Source of the DNA: Candidatus Micrarchaeota archaeon
Lineage (GTDB): Archaea; Micrarchaeota; Micrarchaeia; Norongarragalinales; SBBD01
Length of the DNA stretch: 64,000 nucleotides
Assembly: GCA_018819225.1 (NCBI GenBank)
Contig: JAHJQN010000008.1
Span: 160,001 to 224,000 of the forward strand
Direction of reading: 5' to 3'
This document shows, piece after piece, positions 8,307 through 17,932 of the stretch. The first letter of the stretch is position 1; each line of letters begins with the position of its first letter. The translations under genes were made by a program, and so were the position numbers. The notes under the pieces are model-generated. The model did no database searches, was not told the DNA's origin, and saw nothing but the letters and a program-made list of their open reading frames with translations.

Positions 8307-11300
8307 TTATCCTGCCAACTTTTTGCAAAGCACAGAGTAGAAAACGCTTTCGAGACCGTTTTGCAATTGATAATGGAATACGGAAGTACCCGAAAGCGGA
8401 ATATTCAATGTTTTTTCAAGAGCTTTAAGGATCGCGGGAGTCTGCGCGTCTGTAACTCCCCATCGTGCCTGCAATAAAGTTCCCAACCAATTGGCATAAA
8501 CGCTGTACTCAGGGTATTTGTATTGCGTGTACACTTGAGCCCCCGCGATCGCGATTCCAACGTAATCAAGGTGACAGGTTTCCGTTACGCCGGCATGAAC
8601 AACCGCATACATCTGATTATCACATACAGAAGAAACGACATAGGAGCGCTTGGGATTGCATTTCTCTATGCAGATGACCACACCTTCAGGCGGAGGACCG
8701 TATAGAGGTTCGGGGAGCCCAACAAGGCAGGAACAAAGGAGTTGTGTGGTGCGGGTCAATGGGAAGAATCCGGGGAAATCGATGTCGATACCCGAAGCAG
8801 TTACTGCCCCCGCTTTCGTCGCCGCTTGAGTTGCAGTGTATGCTGCTTCCTTACATGCAATTTTTGTAGAATACGCAGCTGCTTCACATGCGGTCAATTC
8901 TGCAGCACAAGCGGGTTGAGCACAACAGGGGCATATCAAAACTGCACAGGTAGCGGCGGAGCACGCAGCGTATACATCCCCACAAATATTCATTTCGGCT
9001 AAGTAAGCCGCATCACACGTACGAACCGCCGAAGTGTAACTGGTCGTTTGCGATGAAGCGACGTGGTCGCACATCAGTTTTCTGACAGGGATTTGCCAGA
9101 AACTGCTTGGAATCGGAATCGGAGTCAGATTCTCCTTGTCCTTGACTTGCTCTGCAGCTGCAAGGTTAGCATTCGGATCCGAGTCCACGCAATCTGGCTT
9201 GCCCGTCAGGAAATCGCATAAGGCCAGATAGCCGCCGGACGATTGTCGGCTGAACGACTCGGTTCCTTCGGAAGCCGGCGTGCGCGAACTGCCGGGACAA
9301 GACGGAGGCTGGTTCGGGGAAACGTACTGGTAGCGGTACAGGCGGGAAATGCGTGCGCGGTACGTCCACGCAAAACCGTCGTAAGTGGAAGCGTAGACTT
9401 CGTAAACCGCTGGCGCGTCGCTCTCGCAACCGTACTGCGAAGGCGAGTCCTGAACGGAGACTTGACTGGGAAGCTTGGCGCCTTGAAGCAAGCGAATCAC
9501 CGTAGAGAAAATGAAGGGTTGATCCGTAATCTTTGAAATAGGTAGTTTCGCTCGCTTGTCCGTGCGGAAAGCGGTTTGGTCGGCCATGTTTTGAGCCAGT
9601 TGTTTGAACGCAGAAAACGAGCCTGCGGCTGCTTGAGTCGTGCACCAGCCGTCCGCGCAACAAAACGCGTCGCTGCAGCTTTCCTTGCGCGGGCCCTGAT
9701 CGCTGATATCTTGGTAGTAAGTGGAAGTGGGAGCGTATACGAGGGAAGCGGCCTTGCCGTCGTTCTCAAAAAGTTCCAATAGGCCGTCGCCGCTCCACGC
9801 ATAACTTTTAGCGCCCGCGCGATCGAATTCAGTGAATTGTTGATTGTTAATGGATAGGCGGCGCTGGCCCTGCGCTTCACTGATAATGTGGAAGAGCTTG
9901 GAGGAAGAGCCCTCTAAAGAAGCGGGTTCCAAGTAAGTCGTGGGAAAGCTGTTGTCGATGCGCAAATCAATGGGAAGCGATAAAACGTTGGAAGCGTCTC
10001 CGGGACAGGTCAGCTCGAGAACGGATTCGCCTGCTTGCGTTAGCTGGCCTCCGCTTAAATCAATGGGGCACGACGGACGATAGGGTCCGCCGCGGAAAAT
10101 AATGTAGCCGTCTTGAACTGAGAAACAGTCTGCGTTCGGGGAACGGATCGCCGTAAGCGGATGAGTGCATTTATCGGTGATGTCGAATTTCACTACGTCG
10201 CCTGGGAAAATGGGATCGGCCTGCATTTGAATGGACGCGATGTTGGTAACAAGTTGTCCGTTGACGATATCGATGCCGATGCCGGGACGAGGAGTCGGAG
10301 TCGGCCCTCCTGAATCCCCAACGCATACGCCGTTCTGGCATCCACGCAAGCAGTTTTGCACGCGTTCGGCTTGCAGAACATTGGAACACGTTCCGAAATC
10401 ACATGAACGCGTTCCATAATTCGAGTATACATCCCCGTTTTGACAGAAGGGCTCGCCGGAATAGCCATCCAAACCGCAATCGCCGTCGTAATGGCAGTCA
10501 ATAGTGGGATCGGGTTCGGAAATCACGTCTACAAACGTGTCGGTGCAGGCCTTGCTGCCGATGGATGCGGAAACCGAAAAGCTGCCGGAGTTGGGATAGT
10601 AACACATCGCCGAGCATAAACCCGTGCGGTCCGCGCAATTCGTTGCAACGGTTGCGCGATCGTTCCCGCAATTAATGTTAATGATTTGAGGCGCTGAAGA
10701 AAGATCGAAGTAATTGACTTGAGCCATCGTGGATTGACCTGAATTCAGCTCGCTCTTTTGAACGTTGACGGTGCAACGACCGTTTTCAGTTGGAATAGAG
10801 GGAATGCACGTGCCCGTGCTTTGATCGCATTCGCCGGAAGCGCATTCGTAATTGTAAGTGCACTCAAGCGGAGTCGAACAAGAGCCCGTGCAGCAAACCC
10901 CTGCGGTACAAGCGCCCTCGATGGGAGAGCATTCCTCGTAATCGCCGCAACCGCCTACGCACGAGCCGCCTGCTTCGGAGCATAAGGCGTCTGCAGACGG
11001 CGTTTCGTCACAGAGTCGAGTATTTTCATTACAGCTCCCGGAATCACATTCCGAGTCTTCCTCGCAGGGTTCCGGAGCAGCGTCCGGAGATTCACAGTAT
11101 CCGGTCGCGACGTCGCATTGTTGCGGATAACACTCCCAGTTCTCGGAACAAGGCTGGAGCGTGGGCTCGGGAGTCGGCGTGCCGATGAAACCGCAATCCA
11201 CGCGGCAGATTCCATCCAAACAAAGCATTTTCCCGGAAGGACATACCTCGAGTTCGGGCTCTTCCGACGGATCGGGAAGGGTTATGCAAAGGTATTGGCA

Positions 11301-14084
11301 CGAGCCATCCTCGCAAATGCGCTTTCCTCGGCCGCAAGAAGTTAGAATGGAGAAATCGATGGTTTCACGGATCTTCTGGTTCTCAAGATTTTCTGGCCAG
11401 ACTTCAACCGTAACGGTTTCCTCACCTTCGCGCAAGGGCCAGCTCGTTACTTTAACATCGTAATAGGAGCTATCGGAAACGGAGGCAAGAACAGAAGAGG
11501 CTTGAGAGTCCATAGAAGCGGCGTGGTTAACCGAGTACTTTTTGAACGCGAGAAGGCCGCCGCGTTGTGAAACACGGAAATTGAAGGGACGATTCGAGAA
11601 CGAAGGAGAGGGATCGAAATCGAGGTGAACGAATAATGCGGAGAGAACGCAGGAATCCTCGCAGCCATCGCACGAATCGTCGCACTCGAGTCCGGAAGGG
11701 CCTTCCAATGCGCGGGCTTGAAATCCGTCACCAGCTAGAAACCCGTCTTGCTCCAGCGCAATGGATAAACAGCCGGCTGCTTGACACCTGAACTCTTGAA
11801 CTTGCACGAGCGGAAGAGATTCCTCGAATGTACTGGCATAGCAGCCTCCTTTGTCCGGCGTGCTTTCCAAGAAGCCCAGTTGTTCGTCAGGAGGGACGCG
11901 GAAATAGCCGTCATCTTGCAACGCGTACGCCCTGTAAAAGAACGGAATCGAGGTTTTACCTTGCACATTATTTTTGACTTGGAAGCGGAAGGAAACGTCT
12001 TGGACCATGGGACCGTTGAAAACAAGTTCCATCCATTTGAAGCCGTCATCGCTCGCCGTATCCACTGGGCAAACCGGACCCGGAACGTAGGAAGGAGAAC
12101 GAACCACTGAATCAGCGGGAGTCAGCGCATCATAAGAGAGAAGCTGGCCCTCGCCTTGCTCGAGGTCCGAACCCGTACCCAAACGGAAATAGACGCCGGT
12201 TTCCTCCGCGTCACTTGAACCCACTAAAAGCTTAGCGGTATATTGAAGGCCGGCTTGCAGCTCGGATACTTGGTTGTCGAAGGCATCGAAGACGCCCAGC
12301 CATTGAACATAAGACCCTTCCAGCTCATCGATGGGTAACAGGAATAAGGGAACGGATTTCTCGTCCTCTCCTCCGGAGAACACTTCAGAAGAGTAATCGA
12401 AGTACTCGGACGCGAACACGTCCACGATTCCCGAAGAAAGATGGGGCAAGCGCAGATAACAAAGCGTGCCCGAACAGTAATCAAAGGATTCGTCTTCAAC
12501 GGAAAGCGCGAAGTCCGCAAACACGGGCGCTTCAGAAAACGCGTCGTACGCCGAGACTTCTAAGAACGTGACCGGGCCGCTCAAAAATATTTCTAAGTAT
12601 TCGTTTTGTAGAAGGAGGACGCGGCCGTAACCGGTCTCGCCTGAATAATGTTCTTCAACGGTGTATTTGAAATTGATAGGAAGGTAGACCGTTAAACTCG
12701 CGGAAGAATCGGTGTTGGATTCCAAGAGCACGGTCTTATCCTCCGATAAAACGCGTACCTCGGCACCCGAAAGCGCATTGCGGGAAGCATCCTGAGTTTG
12801 AATGGTTAATGCGGCGGAATTCTCGGCGGTCGCCATTTCCAAAAACAAAGAAACGTCTTCCGAAAAGGGAGCGGTAAAGAAGCCGCTGACCGCCGGAAGA
12901 CGCGCATCCGAAAAAGCGGACACGTAATAAGTGAGGGAAGCGGGATCTTCACCCAATGCGAGTTCGATGTCCGCGAGAGTCAACACGGATTCGCCCGAAC
13001 TCTCTTGTTGCAATACGAGCCGGCTATCGGACGTGTAAAGCGAGATGGTTGAGGAAACGAGGTTGCCTTCCTCGTCCAACGTGCGAACCTTGAAGTCTTC
13101 CGTGAGTCCGTCCGAACGAAGCGAAATTTCGTGCTTCGTCAACGCTTTGATCTTTATTTGCTGCGAGCCCGCATAGGGAAGGAAGAGGTCGGAACGGGCG
13201 GCAAGATACACGCGGGATCCGACGAGCAGGCCATCGAAGGTAGTTTTGCCGTTCACCGTGTCCTTGGAAGCGAGCTGCACATCCGTGGACGCGTCGAAAA
13301 CCGTTACCGTGGATTGGGACACGGGATTTCCGTCCGGATCTTTCACGAGAACCTCGAGCGAACCATACTCCAAATCAGCGGGCGCGCCGGACGGACGAGG
13401 CGTGGCCGAACCCGACCGGCGCTGCAAAGTCACTTCAACGACTTTCCCTTTTTTCGGGAGAAACGAAAACGATTTTTCCAAGTAGTTCGGGTGAGACACG
13501 CGCGTGTTCACCGTACGGCCCTCGGAAACCAACAAAACCGCCTTTCCTTGGGCATCCGTTTCGGCCGAAGAAGATTTTTGGGAGCGATCCGAAGCGTATT
13601 GAATGGATGCTTTGGAAATGGCCGAACCGGAATCGTGATCCAAAACGAGAACGGTGATGCTCAAGGTTTCAAGCGCGGGAATGGTTTGTTCAGGCGATAA
13701 TTCCACGCTGACGGACGGCTTGTTTTGAACAACAGCCGTCGCCAACTCGTAACCGTTCTTCAGCACTTTCACGACGACTTTCGGCAGGTTGACATTTGAA
13801 AACAAGGCGCGGCCTTGCGCGTCGCTTCGCTGTTCGTCAATGAAATTTCCCTTCTCATCGAAAAGTTGAACGCGTGCATCGGACACGGCTTCACCGCTCT
13901 CCGATAACACGGTCACTTTCAATTCGCTGATCACGGATTTCGGGAGAAAGAAAGTGGTCAAGAAAGCGAGAATGGCGAGAACGAGAATGATCAGAATAAT
14001 GAGGGACGGGAGCGCGGGAAGACCCTTGGATTCGGCGAATTCGGCGAACTGAGCATATACGCGCTTGAGGTCCTCAGGATCCAT
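8307..14084 (-). CDS. Giant (1925 aa) N-terminally anchored surface protein: carboxypeptidase-regulatory-like beta repeats, Cys-rich repeats, C-terminal Cys/Ala domain
   Basis: N-terminal TM (SLIILIILVLAILAFL), repeated V.D..G..V..A.V / TD..G motifs, PTPTP linkers and many C..D.EC motifs. Confidence 0.85.
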   Translation of the reverse strand: MDPEDLKRVYAQFAEFAESKGLPALPSLIILIILVLAILAFLTTFFLPKSVISELKVTVLSESGEAVSDARVQLFDEKGNFIDEQRSDAQGRALFSNVNLPKVVVKVLKNGYELATAVVQNKPSVSVELSPEQTIPALETLSITVLVLDHDSGSAISKASIQYASDRSQKSSSAETDAQGKAVLLVSEGRTVNTRVSHPNYLEKSFSFLPKKGKVVEVTLQRRSGSATPRPSGAPADLEYGSLEVLVKDPDGNPVSQSTVTVFDASTDVQLASKDTVNGKTTFDGLLVGSRVYLAARSDLFLPYAGSQQIKIKALTKHEISLRSDGLTEDFKVRTLDEEGNLVSSTISLYTSDSRLVLQQESSGESVLTLADIELALGEDPASLTYYVSAFSDARLPAVSGFFTAPFSEDVSLFLEMATAENSAALTIQTQDASRNALSGAEVRVLSEDKTVLLESNTDSSASLTVYLPINFKYTVEEHYSGETGYGRVLLLQNEYLEIFLSGPVTFLEVSAYDAFSEAPVFADFALSVEDESFDYCSGTLCYLRLPHLSSGIVDVFASEYFDYSSEVFSGGEDEKSVPLFLLPIDELEGSYVQWLGVFDAFDNQVSELQAGLQYTAKLLVGSSDAEETGVYFRLGTGSDLEQGEGQLLSYDALTPADSVVRSPSYVPGPVCPVDTASDDGFKWMELVFNGPMVQDVSFRFQVKNNVQGKTSIPFFYRAYALQDDGYFRVPPDEQLGFLESTPDKGGCYASTFEESLPLVQVQEFRCQAAGCLSIALEQDGFLAGDGFQARALEGPSGLECDDSCDGCEDSCVLSALFVHLDFDPSPSFSNRPFNFRVSQRGGLLAFKKYSVNHAASMDSQASSVLASVSDSSYYDVKVTSWPLREGEETVTVEVWPENLENQKIRETIDFSILTSCGRGKRICEDGSCQYLCITLPDPSEEPELEVCPSGKMLCLDGICRVDCGFIGTPTPEPTLQPCSENWECYPQQCDVATGYCESPDAAPEPCEEDSECDSGSCNENTRLCDETPSADALCSEAGGSCVGGCGDYEECSPIEGACTAGVCCTGSCSTPLECTYNYECASGECDQSTGTCIPSIPTENGRCTVNVQKSELNSGQSTMAQVNYFDLSSAPQIININCGNDRATVATNCADRTGLCSAMCYYPNSGSFSVSASIGSKACTDTFVDVISEPDPTIDCHYDGDCGLDGYSGEPFCQNGDVYSNYGTRSCDFGTCSNVLQAERVQNCLRGCQNGVCVGDSGGPTPTPRPGIGIDIVNGQLVTNIASIQMQADPIFPGDVVKFDITDKCTHPLTAIRSPNADCFSVQDGYIIFRGGPYRPSCPIDLSGGQLTQAGESVLELTCPGDASNVLSLPIDLRIDNSFPTTYLEPASLEGSSSKLFHIISEAQGQRRLSINNQQFTEFDRAGAKSYAWSGDGLLELFENDGKAASLVYAPTSTYYQDISDQGPRKESCSDAFCCADGWCTTQAAAGSFSAFKQLAQNMADQTAFRTDKRAKLPISKITDQPFIFSTVIRLLQGAKLPSQVSVQDSPSQYGCESDAPAVYEVYASTYDGFAWTYRARISRLYRYQYVSPNQPPSCPGSSRTPASEGTESFSRQSSGGYLALCDFLTGKPDCVDSDPNANLAAAEQVKDKENLTPIPIPSSFWQIPVRKLMCDHVASSQTTSYTSAVRTCDAAYLAEMNICGDVYAACSAATCAVLICPCCAQPACAAELTACEAAAYSTKIACKEAAYTATQAATKAGAVTASGIDIDFPGFFPLTRTTQLLCSCLVGLPEPLYGPPPEGVVICIEKCNPKRSYVVSSVCDNQMYAVVHAGVTETCHLDYVGIAIAGAQVYTQYKYPEYSVYANWLGTLLQARWGVTDAQTPAILKALEKTLNIPLSGTSVFHYQLQNGLESVFYSVLCKKLAG
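10315..11340 (-). repeat. Cys-rich protein-level repeats with Pro/Thr linkers inside the giant surface protein
   Basis: CEEDSECDSGSC, CTYNYECASGEC, CSENWECYPQQC, CHYDGDCG; also two C.DG.C units. Confidence 0.7.
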
Positions 14085-14128
14085 GCAATGTCGCTAGGCA
14101 CTAAGAAGCGAGAGCTTAAAAAAGGTTT

Positions 14129-16201
14129 TTAGGAACGAAGAATGCGGCGAATCTGATCCTTGGGAGTCCCGTGATACGCGTCTTCGGATAAAATGCCGGC
14201 CTGGAAAAGCTTGCGGCCGCGCACGCGACCAACGCCCTTGATCCGGCACAGCGAAAGCAATTCCTCTTTAATGCCGTGGCGCAGACGGCGACGCAAGCGC
14301 TTGGCTTCCGCGTGCACGCCGGAGGCATTCAGAATAAAAGCGAGTTCCTGCACCGAATAACATAACCAGACCACGTTGCGCAAACGGGTAGCAAGCATTC
14401 CGGGAGGGACTTCAAACTTCTCGAGAAGCGATTCCTCCGTTTCCTCATTGATCCAAGCGTTCAACAGCTTCGCGGCCTTGAACTTCGACAGAAAATTATA
14501 GTCATCGAACTGTTTTTCCAAATAGAGGTTCAGCGGAATGCCTTCGAGTTCCTCGAACAGGGCTTGCTCTTCGTTGCGCTTCACCACGGGAAGAGGAGAC
14601 ATCTCCGTTGCGCAGTGCAATGCCAGCAAATAATCCAAGACGCGCTTGTCTCCCTTGGATTGGATGAAGTCCACGAACGCGTTCGCGGAAAGCGGATCAA
14701 TGTAAAGCTCGGAAATTCGTTTTCCGAGCGGAGTGGCGGTCAGCGACGCGTTCTTGCGTTCGCTCACAAAACCCATGTTCTTGAGCTCGAAAACCACTTC
14801 CTCCACCATACCCAGCAATTCATCCGAAGAACCGTATTGAAACGCGAACAGGCTTTTCTGGAAAAACTCAAAAAGCTCTTTAAACGAATGGCAGTACCCG
14901 GACGCCAATAATCCCAAGCAATGCATGCGCAAAACCGCTGCGGACGAGAGTTTGGATTCAATGTTCTCGAGGCCCCCGAACACGTATTCCGAAAGTACGC
15001 GATCCTTGTCCTTCGGAGCACACATGAGAACCGCTATGCCTTGCGAATCATACCGGGGACGGCCCGAACGGCCCGCCATTTGAGCGACCTCAAAACGCGG
15101 AATGTACTCGGAAAAAGCACCCGTAAAACGCTTGAGATCCCGAATGATCACGTAAGAAGCAGGTAAATCAACGCCCATGGCCAAGGTCGTGGTAGCCACA
15201 ATCACTTTAATGACGCGTTTCTCCTTGAATCCCTCCTCAATCACGGTGCGTTGTTTCCCCGTAATGCCCGCGTGATGAAACGCGATGCCGTTCCGAAGAG
15301 CATCGGAAAGCGTGCGGCACTGCATCGTGGGATGGGGCAACGCCTTCAAAGCGCGAGCCGAAAGCGTCTCCAAGGAAGCGCGTTCCTCGGAAGAGATGAA
15401 CGGGGAAATGAACGGACTCAGCTCTCCAGCCGTGCGTTCTGCCGAGCGACGAGAGGAAACGAATACAATGGCTTGACCTTTCGAAGTCAAGCAACGACCC
15501 AATACGTCTTCCAGAACGCGCTTGGAAAGGATTTCCTCGGAAGACGAGCCGGAGTCGCCCAGTAATAAATACTGGTTCCCAGCAGCAATCGCGTACACCA
15601 ATTTAGTGGGACGGTAATCACTGGAAAAGAGTCGCGCATTCATCCAGCCCGCGAGTTCCTGCGCGTTCGCAACCGTGGCGCTCAAGGCGAGGAGCTGCAC
15701 GTCCAAGTTCATGAGCTTAACGAACACGATTTCCAGGGTGGCTCCGCGGCCGGCATCATGTAATAGATGCACTTCATCCACGACCGCCAGGGTAATGCGT
15801 CGGATCCAAGAGGCGTTGTGGCGAAGCAAGGAATCGAATTTCTCGACCGTGGCAATGATGACATCCGCGCGTTGAAGCTCTTCCGAAGAGGAATCAAAAT
15901 CAGACGTGGCAACGGCTACTTTCAAACCAAACGGGGCCAGCGAAGCGGAAAACTCGCGATGCTTTTCTTGCGCCAGCGCTTTTAATGGAACCAAATAGAT
16001 GCTCTTGCCGTTAAGCTCCTGCGCGTTTTGAATGATGCGAAGAATGGCCAGAAGCGTTTTGCCGGAAGCCGTGGGAGCGCACACGAGTGACCGCGGGGAT
16101 CCAAGAAATCCTTGAGCCAGGAGATGGCTCTGCATGGGATTCAACGAACGATAGGGAAGTTTTTCTAATGCGGACTGCCAACGGAACACCTGCATAAACA
16201 T
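14129..16201 (-). CDS. hel308: ATP-dependent DNA helicase Hel308 (Ski2-like SF2)
   Basis: PTASGKT, DEVH, LSAT, FHHAG, QMAGRSGRP and C-terminal G.GRVR.RKL. Confidence 0.93.
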   Translation of the reverse strand: MFMQVFRWQSALEKLPYRSLNPMQSHLLAQGFLGSPRSLVCAPTASGKTLLAILRIIQNAQELNGKSIYLVPLKALAQEKHREFSASLAPFGLKVAVATSDFDSSSEELQRADVIIATVEKFDSLLRHNASWIRRITLAVVDEVHLLHDAGRGATLEIVFVKLMNLDVQLLALSATVANAQELAGWMNARLFSSDYRPTKLVYAIAAGNQYLLLGDSGSSSEEILSKRVLEDVLGRCLTSKGQAIVFVSSRRSAERTAGELSPFISPFISSEERASLETLSARALKALPHPTMQCRTLSDALRNGIAFHHAGITGKQRTVIEEGFKEKRVIKVIVATTTLAMGVDLPASYVIIRDLKRFTGAFSEYIPRFEVAQMAGRSGRPRYDSQGIAVLMCAPKDKDRVLSEYVFGGLENIESKLSSAAVLRMHCLGLLASGYCHSFKELFEFFQKSLFAFQYGSSDELLGMVEEVVFELKNMGFVSERKNASLTATPLGKRISELYIDPLSANAFVDFIQSKGDKRVLDYLLALHCATEMSPLPVVKRNEEQALFEELEGIPLNLYLEKQFDDYNFLSKFKAAKLLNAWINEETEESLLEKFEVPPGMLATRLRNVVWLCYSVQELAFILNASGVHAEAKRLRRRLRHGIKEELLSLCRIKGVGRVRGRKLFQAGILSEDAYHGTPKDQIRRILRS

Positions 16202-16261
16202 GTACCTGAATGCTTCAAGAGAGGAAAAAGGTTATTAGAGGCATCAGGCGCCGCGTTTCCA

Positions 16262-17818
16262 TTAAGGTCGCTTGACCTGCAACGAAAGCCCGCGTTCAGC
16301 CAATTCGTTCATGCGGTCAACGGAAAGACGGGCCCGCGGACTCAAATCCATTTCCTTAAAATGCTCCAACTCGTCTTGAATCTCTAGCAATACTTGCTGG
16401 TGGACCAACGGTTTTTGCAATACCGTTGCTTCTTTCGCGTTCCGGCTTCCCTCTCGCGGCTGGAACCAGAACTCCAATCGCAATTCATCAATTTTATCCA
16501 TGAGAGGCGTCAAATCCACTTGCGAACGCGAGGAAGGCTGAACGCGTTTAGACCAGTCGGAAATTTCCCGTCGAAGCATCGAAAGATCGTCATCCGAGCG
16601 TTTGGAGACATGCGTTCTCGCAAGCACCTGACCCATTTGAAACTGGAGATTCGAAAGCAATTTCTGGAGCTCCGGATCCTCTTTCTTTCGAGAAACCGCT
16701 TGCTGAACCTCATGCAATACGCCCGCAAGGTGCGCGTCCCGCTTCGATGCCTCCATCTGTCGACGGCGCAACTCCAATGATACGCCGCCCAACGCCTCGT
16801 TCAAATCCCGCAACACCGGAGTCAATTGCGCCAACTGCGTGTTGAAGTGACTCGAGCGCTGGCCTTGAACGGCCATGGCATTCTGCAACGCATCCATTCG
16901 CTCCAGCGTATGTTGTTCCACGAGATCGGCGTGTTGAATGACTTCCTCGAACTGATTGCTGTACGGCATGGCCTCCTTGATTTGAGCCAACAGCAAACGT
17001 TGCTGTTCCAAAGATTCCTTAAGCGTTGAAAACTCCTGTTGCAAGCCCTGCACGTCCTCCTTCCAAGGAACATGTTGCTTCTCCGCAATCATTCGTTCCG
17101 TTGACGATTCCAACGAGCTCCTAAGAAGGGAAAGCGACAAGTCCATCGATCGGAGTGCCTGTGAATGGCGTTCAACGGCCTTGGAAAGCCCTTTCACGTT
17201 CGATTCAACGGAAGAGGAAAGGGATTCGAGAGCGCGCTCACGGTCCATTCCTTCCTCCGTACGCGCGCGCTGATCCGAAAGCGCGGACAGCACGGCCGTC
17301 AGCTTGTGATTCAAATCCTCGATGCTCGACGCATTATCGGAATACGATTCCTGCAAACGCGCCAAGCCTTCATGAAACGTTTTCAAGTGCTCCAGACGCT
17401 CGCCCAAACCCTCCGGCGCCTTGACGGGCTTGCCGGAAAAAGAACGCATTTCCTTGCGAACCGCTGAACGAAGCGTCGTGCGCACCACGACTTCAAAGTG
17501 ATCGAGTCGCCGGGAAAACGCATTCAATGACGCTCCCACGACCTCGGACTCCATAAAGTGAGTCGTGGCCAATTTCAAATGCGCAAACTCCTTCCGAAGA
17601 GCGCGCAACTGATCATGCAACGCACCCGTGTTCGTGGCGTGCGCGTCATCCAAATTCGAAATCTGTTTTTCCAGCGTCGAAGACGAAGTGGCTAAGCGAT
17701 CCAAGGCCTCCGCTAATTCGCGTTGATGAGCCGGTGACGCGCCATGAACGTTTTGGCGCATATGCGCCAGTTCATCTTCCATGGCCCGAAGCGCCCGACG
17801 AACCGTCTTTTCTTCCAT
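16262..17818 (-). CDS. Hypothetical long coiled-coil protein
   Basis: 518 aa with heptad-like L/E/R/Q/S composition; no TM and no Walker motif. Confidence 0.7.
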   Translation of the reverse strand: MEEKTVRRALRAMEDELAHMRQNVHGASPAHQRELAEALDRLATSSSTLEKQISNLDDAHATNTGALHDQLRALRKEFAHLKLATTHFMESEVVGASLNAFSRRLDHFEVVVRTTLRSAVRKEMRSFSGKPVKAPEGLGERLEHLKTFHEGLARLQESYSDNASSIEDLNHKLTAVLSALSDQRARTEEGMDRERALESLSSSVESNVKGLSKAVERHSQALRSMDLSLSLLRSSLESSTERMIAEKQHVPWKEDVQGLQQEFSTLKESLEQQRLLLAQIKEAMPYSNQFEEVIQHADLVEQHTLERMDALQNAMAVQGQRSSHFNTQLAQLTPVLRDLNEALGGVSLELRRRQMEASKRDAHLAGVLHEVQQAVSRKKEDPELQKLLSNLQFQMGQVLARTHVSKRSDDDLSMLRREISDWSKRVQPSSRSQVDLTPLMDKIDELRLEFWFQPREGSRNAKEATVLQKPLVHQQVLLEIQDELEHFKEMDLSPRARLSVDRMNELAERGLSLQVKRP

Positions 17819-17932
17819 GAATTAAACCTGAAAGCGGGGGAATGACCAAGTAACGCCCCGAACCATTTAAAGGTTTGGTTCCAACCGCCGGAAAATTCAG
17901 GTATTTATTCATTCCCTTTACCAATAACTCCC

